Positions 63,042-64,000 of a stretch of DNA of 64,000 nucleotides are shown piece after piece; the first letter of the stretch is position 1; every line of letters starts with the position of its first letter. The notes beneath the pieces were generated by a model. It was not told the DNA's origin. It did no database searches and was given only the letters and a program-made list of their open reading frames with translations. This DNA comes from an uncultured Lentisphaerota bacterium. Lineage in GTDB: Bacteria; Verrucomicrobiota; Lentisphaeria; Victivallales; UBA1829. The position numbers and the translations under genes are program-made. The stretch spans positions 4,227 to 68,226 of the forward strand of contig ONQZ01000004.1 in NCBI GenBank assembly GCA_900320095.1, written 5' to 3'.

Positions 63042-64000
63042 ATGAAAGAACTTGATTTTGATGTCCTGCGGGAGAAAATCTCCGCGCAGGTGGGAGATCC
63101 GACCTTTACGGACGGAGAAACTAAGAAACCGGAGCTGAACCAGCAGTTCTTCGCCAGATTCGCAGCCGCGGTCTACAAACCGATCTTCGAAAAGATCGAA
63201 GGCGCATTCTATCTCTACGTGCCGGAGACCGGGTTATGGGTGCGTCAGGACGAACCGGCTATGATCGACCGAATCAGCCTCCTGATGATGAGATACGCCG
63301 ATGAAACTTCGGATTCCTTCATCAACCGCAAAAGGAACGTCGGTACAATCAAGAGCATTCTGAGGTTCATGCAGGCGGACGCGTGCTGCGGGCGTGAAAA
63401 TGCTTTCGCGCACAAAGGTGAACCATTCATTCACTGCGGCAACGGCGTAATCACGTTCCCCATTCAGGATGACGGACGCCGCAAGCCGGTCCTAATGCCG
63501 TTCGACCCGAAGTACATGAGCCGGAACCGGACTGAATGCAACTTCCGCGAGGACGCTGTCTGCCCGGAGTTTCTGAACCGCCTGATAAAGCCCGCCATGT
63601 CCGAGGACGATCTCAACCACTTTCAGCAGTATGTCGGGCAGTGCCTTCTCGGCGTGAACCACAGCCAGACCATCTTGCTTATGGTCGGGACTGCGGGCGG
63701 AGGCAAGAGTACGGCCGTCAATATCATTGAGAAGTTGGTCCATCGCCAAAACTGCACGGAACTGCGTCTCGAACAGATGGGAAGCCGCTTCGAAACACAG
63801 CGCCTGCTGGGAAAGACGCTCCTGACCGCGAAGGACGTCCGTTCGGATTTCCTGTCCACGAAATACGCCTTCAAGCTCAAGGCCCTGACTGGCAAGGATA
63901 CGATGACGATTGAACGCAAGGGCAGCAATGAAGCATCGGACATCTGCGGGGAGTACAATGTTATTATAACGGCGAACAACACCCTGTGCGTGGTTTTGGA
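63042..64000 (+). CDS. Phage/plasmid primase-helicase family NTPase (P4 alpha C-terminal / D5-like), partial at window end
   Basis: ORF open to the window edge, so it is absent from the track. D5_N-like region, then Walker A LLMVGTAGGGKST and ..LLTAKDV..KLKALTGKDTMTIERKG.. as in TIGR01613-type proteins. Confidence 0.75.
   Translation, partial: MKELDFDVLREKISAQVGDPTFTDGETKKPELNQQFFARFAAAVYKPIFEKIEGAFYLYVPETGLWVRQDEPAMIDRISLLMMRYADETSDSFINRKRNVGTIKSILRFMQADACCGRENAFAHKGEPFIHCGNGVITFPIQDDGRRKPVLMPFDPKYMSRNRTECNFREDAVCPEFLNRLIKPAMSEDDLNHFQQYVGQCLLGVNHSQTILLMVGTAGGGKSTAVNIIEKLVHRQNCTELRLEQMGSRFETQRLLGKTLLTAKDVRSDFLSTKYAFKLKALTGKDTMTIERKGSNEASDICGEYNVIITANNTLCVVL

Larger units (their letters stand above)
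62164..64000. mobile_element. Probable tRNA-Val-adjacent integrative island (left end only; continues beyond window)
   Basis: Directly 3' of the tRNA the composition drops. Content switches to iteron-like repeats, a small XRE HTH gene and a divergent P4/D5-type NTPase gene. No integrase within the window. Confidence 0.55.

Overview
High-GC bacterial chromosomal window (about 60% GC by eye; taxon not determinable from sequence alone). It is mostly housekeeping, with a few accessory patches. From left to right:

- **1-5.4 kb:** the head-morphogenesis part of a Mu-like prophage on the minus strand (small basic protein, TerL, gpI-like protease/scaffold, decoration protein, gpT-like capsid, gp36-like connector). 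It lacks portal and gpF genes at their canonical place.
- **5.5-13.8 kb:** BASS-like transporter, uvrA, an MBL hydrolase coupled to a zinc-ribbon Ser/Thr kinase, rsmB.
- **13.9-20.8 kb:** two tandem leaderless beta-helix/FG-GAP giant proteins and a fused double PilU/PilT-type ATPase.
- **21-27.3 kb:** argH, a lower-GC AAA ATPase (DUF4143 type), arfB, a GT2 glycosyltransferase, a lipoprotein.
- **27.6-39.1 kb:** the rpmH-rnpA-yidD-yidC-jag cluster, a BspA-type LRR lipoprotein, metG, proS, a solute-binding protein, tRNA-Leu(TAG), an FAD oxidoreductase.
- **39.1-50.3 kb:** a 764-aa LRR protein, a ~360-bp extremely AT-rich non-coding island, thiI-recF-dnaN (minus), then a plus-strand block of SIS/GmhA-like, uppS, cdsA, glgB.
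- **50.9-62.2 kb:** yajC, secDF, an arnB-arnT-arnC-arnA-arnD lipid A aminoarabinose cluster, thiamine pyrophosphokinase, tRNA-Val(GAC).
- **62.2-64 kb:** the start of a tRNA-adjacent island with iteron-like repeats, an XRE HTH and a P4/D5-type NTPase.

The most distinctive non-genic signal is a modular double-hairpin (REP/BIME-like) repeat family at five loci. Three copies abut stop codons exactly, and one is embedded in frame inside arnT. No CRISPR array, rRNA or recognisable defence system was seen. Many long antisense ORFs in the track are high-GC shadow ORFs. All homology calls come from motif recognition by eye, not from database searches.
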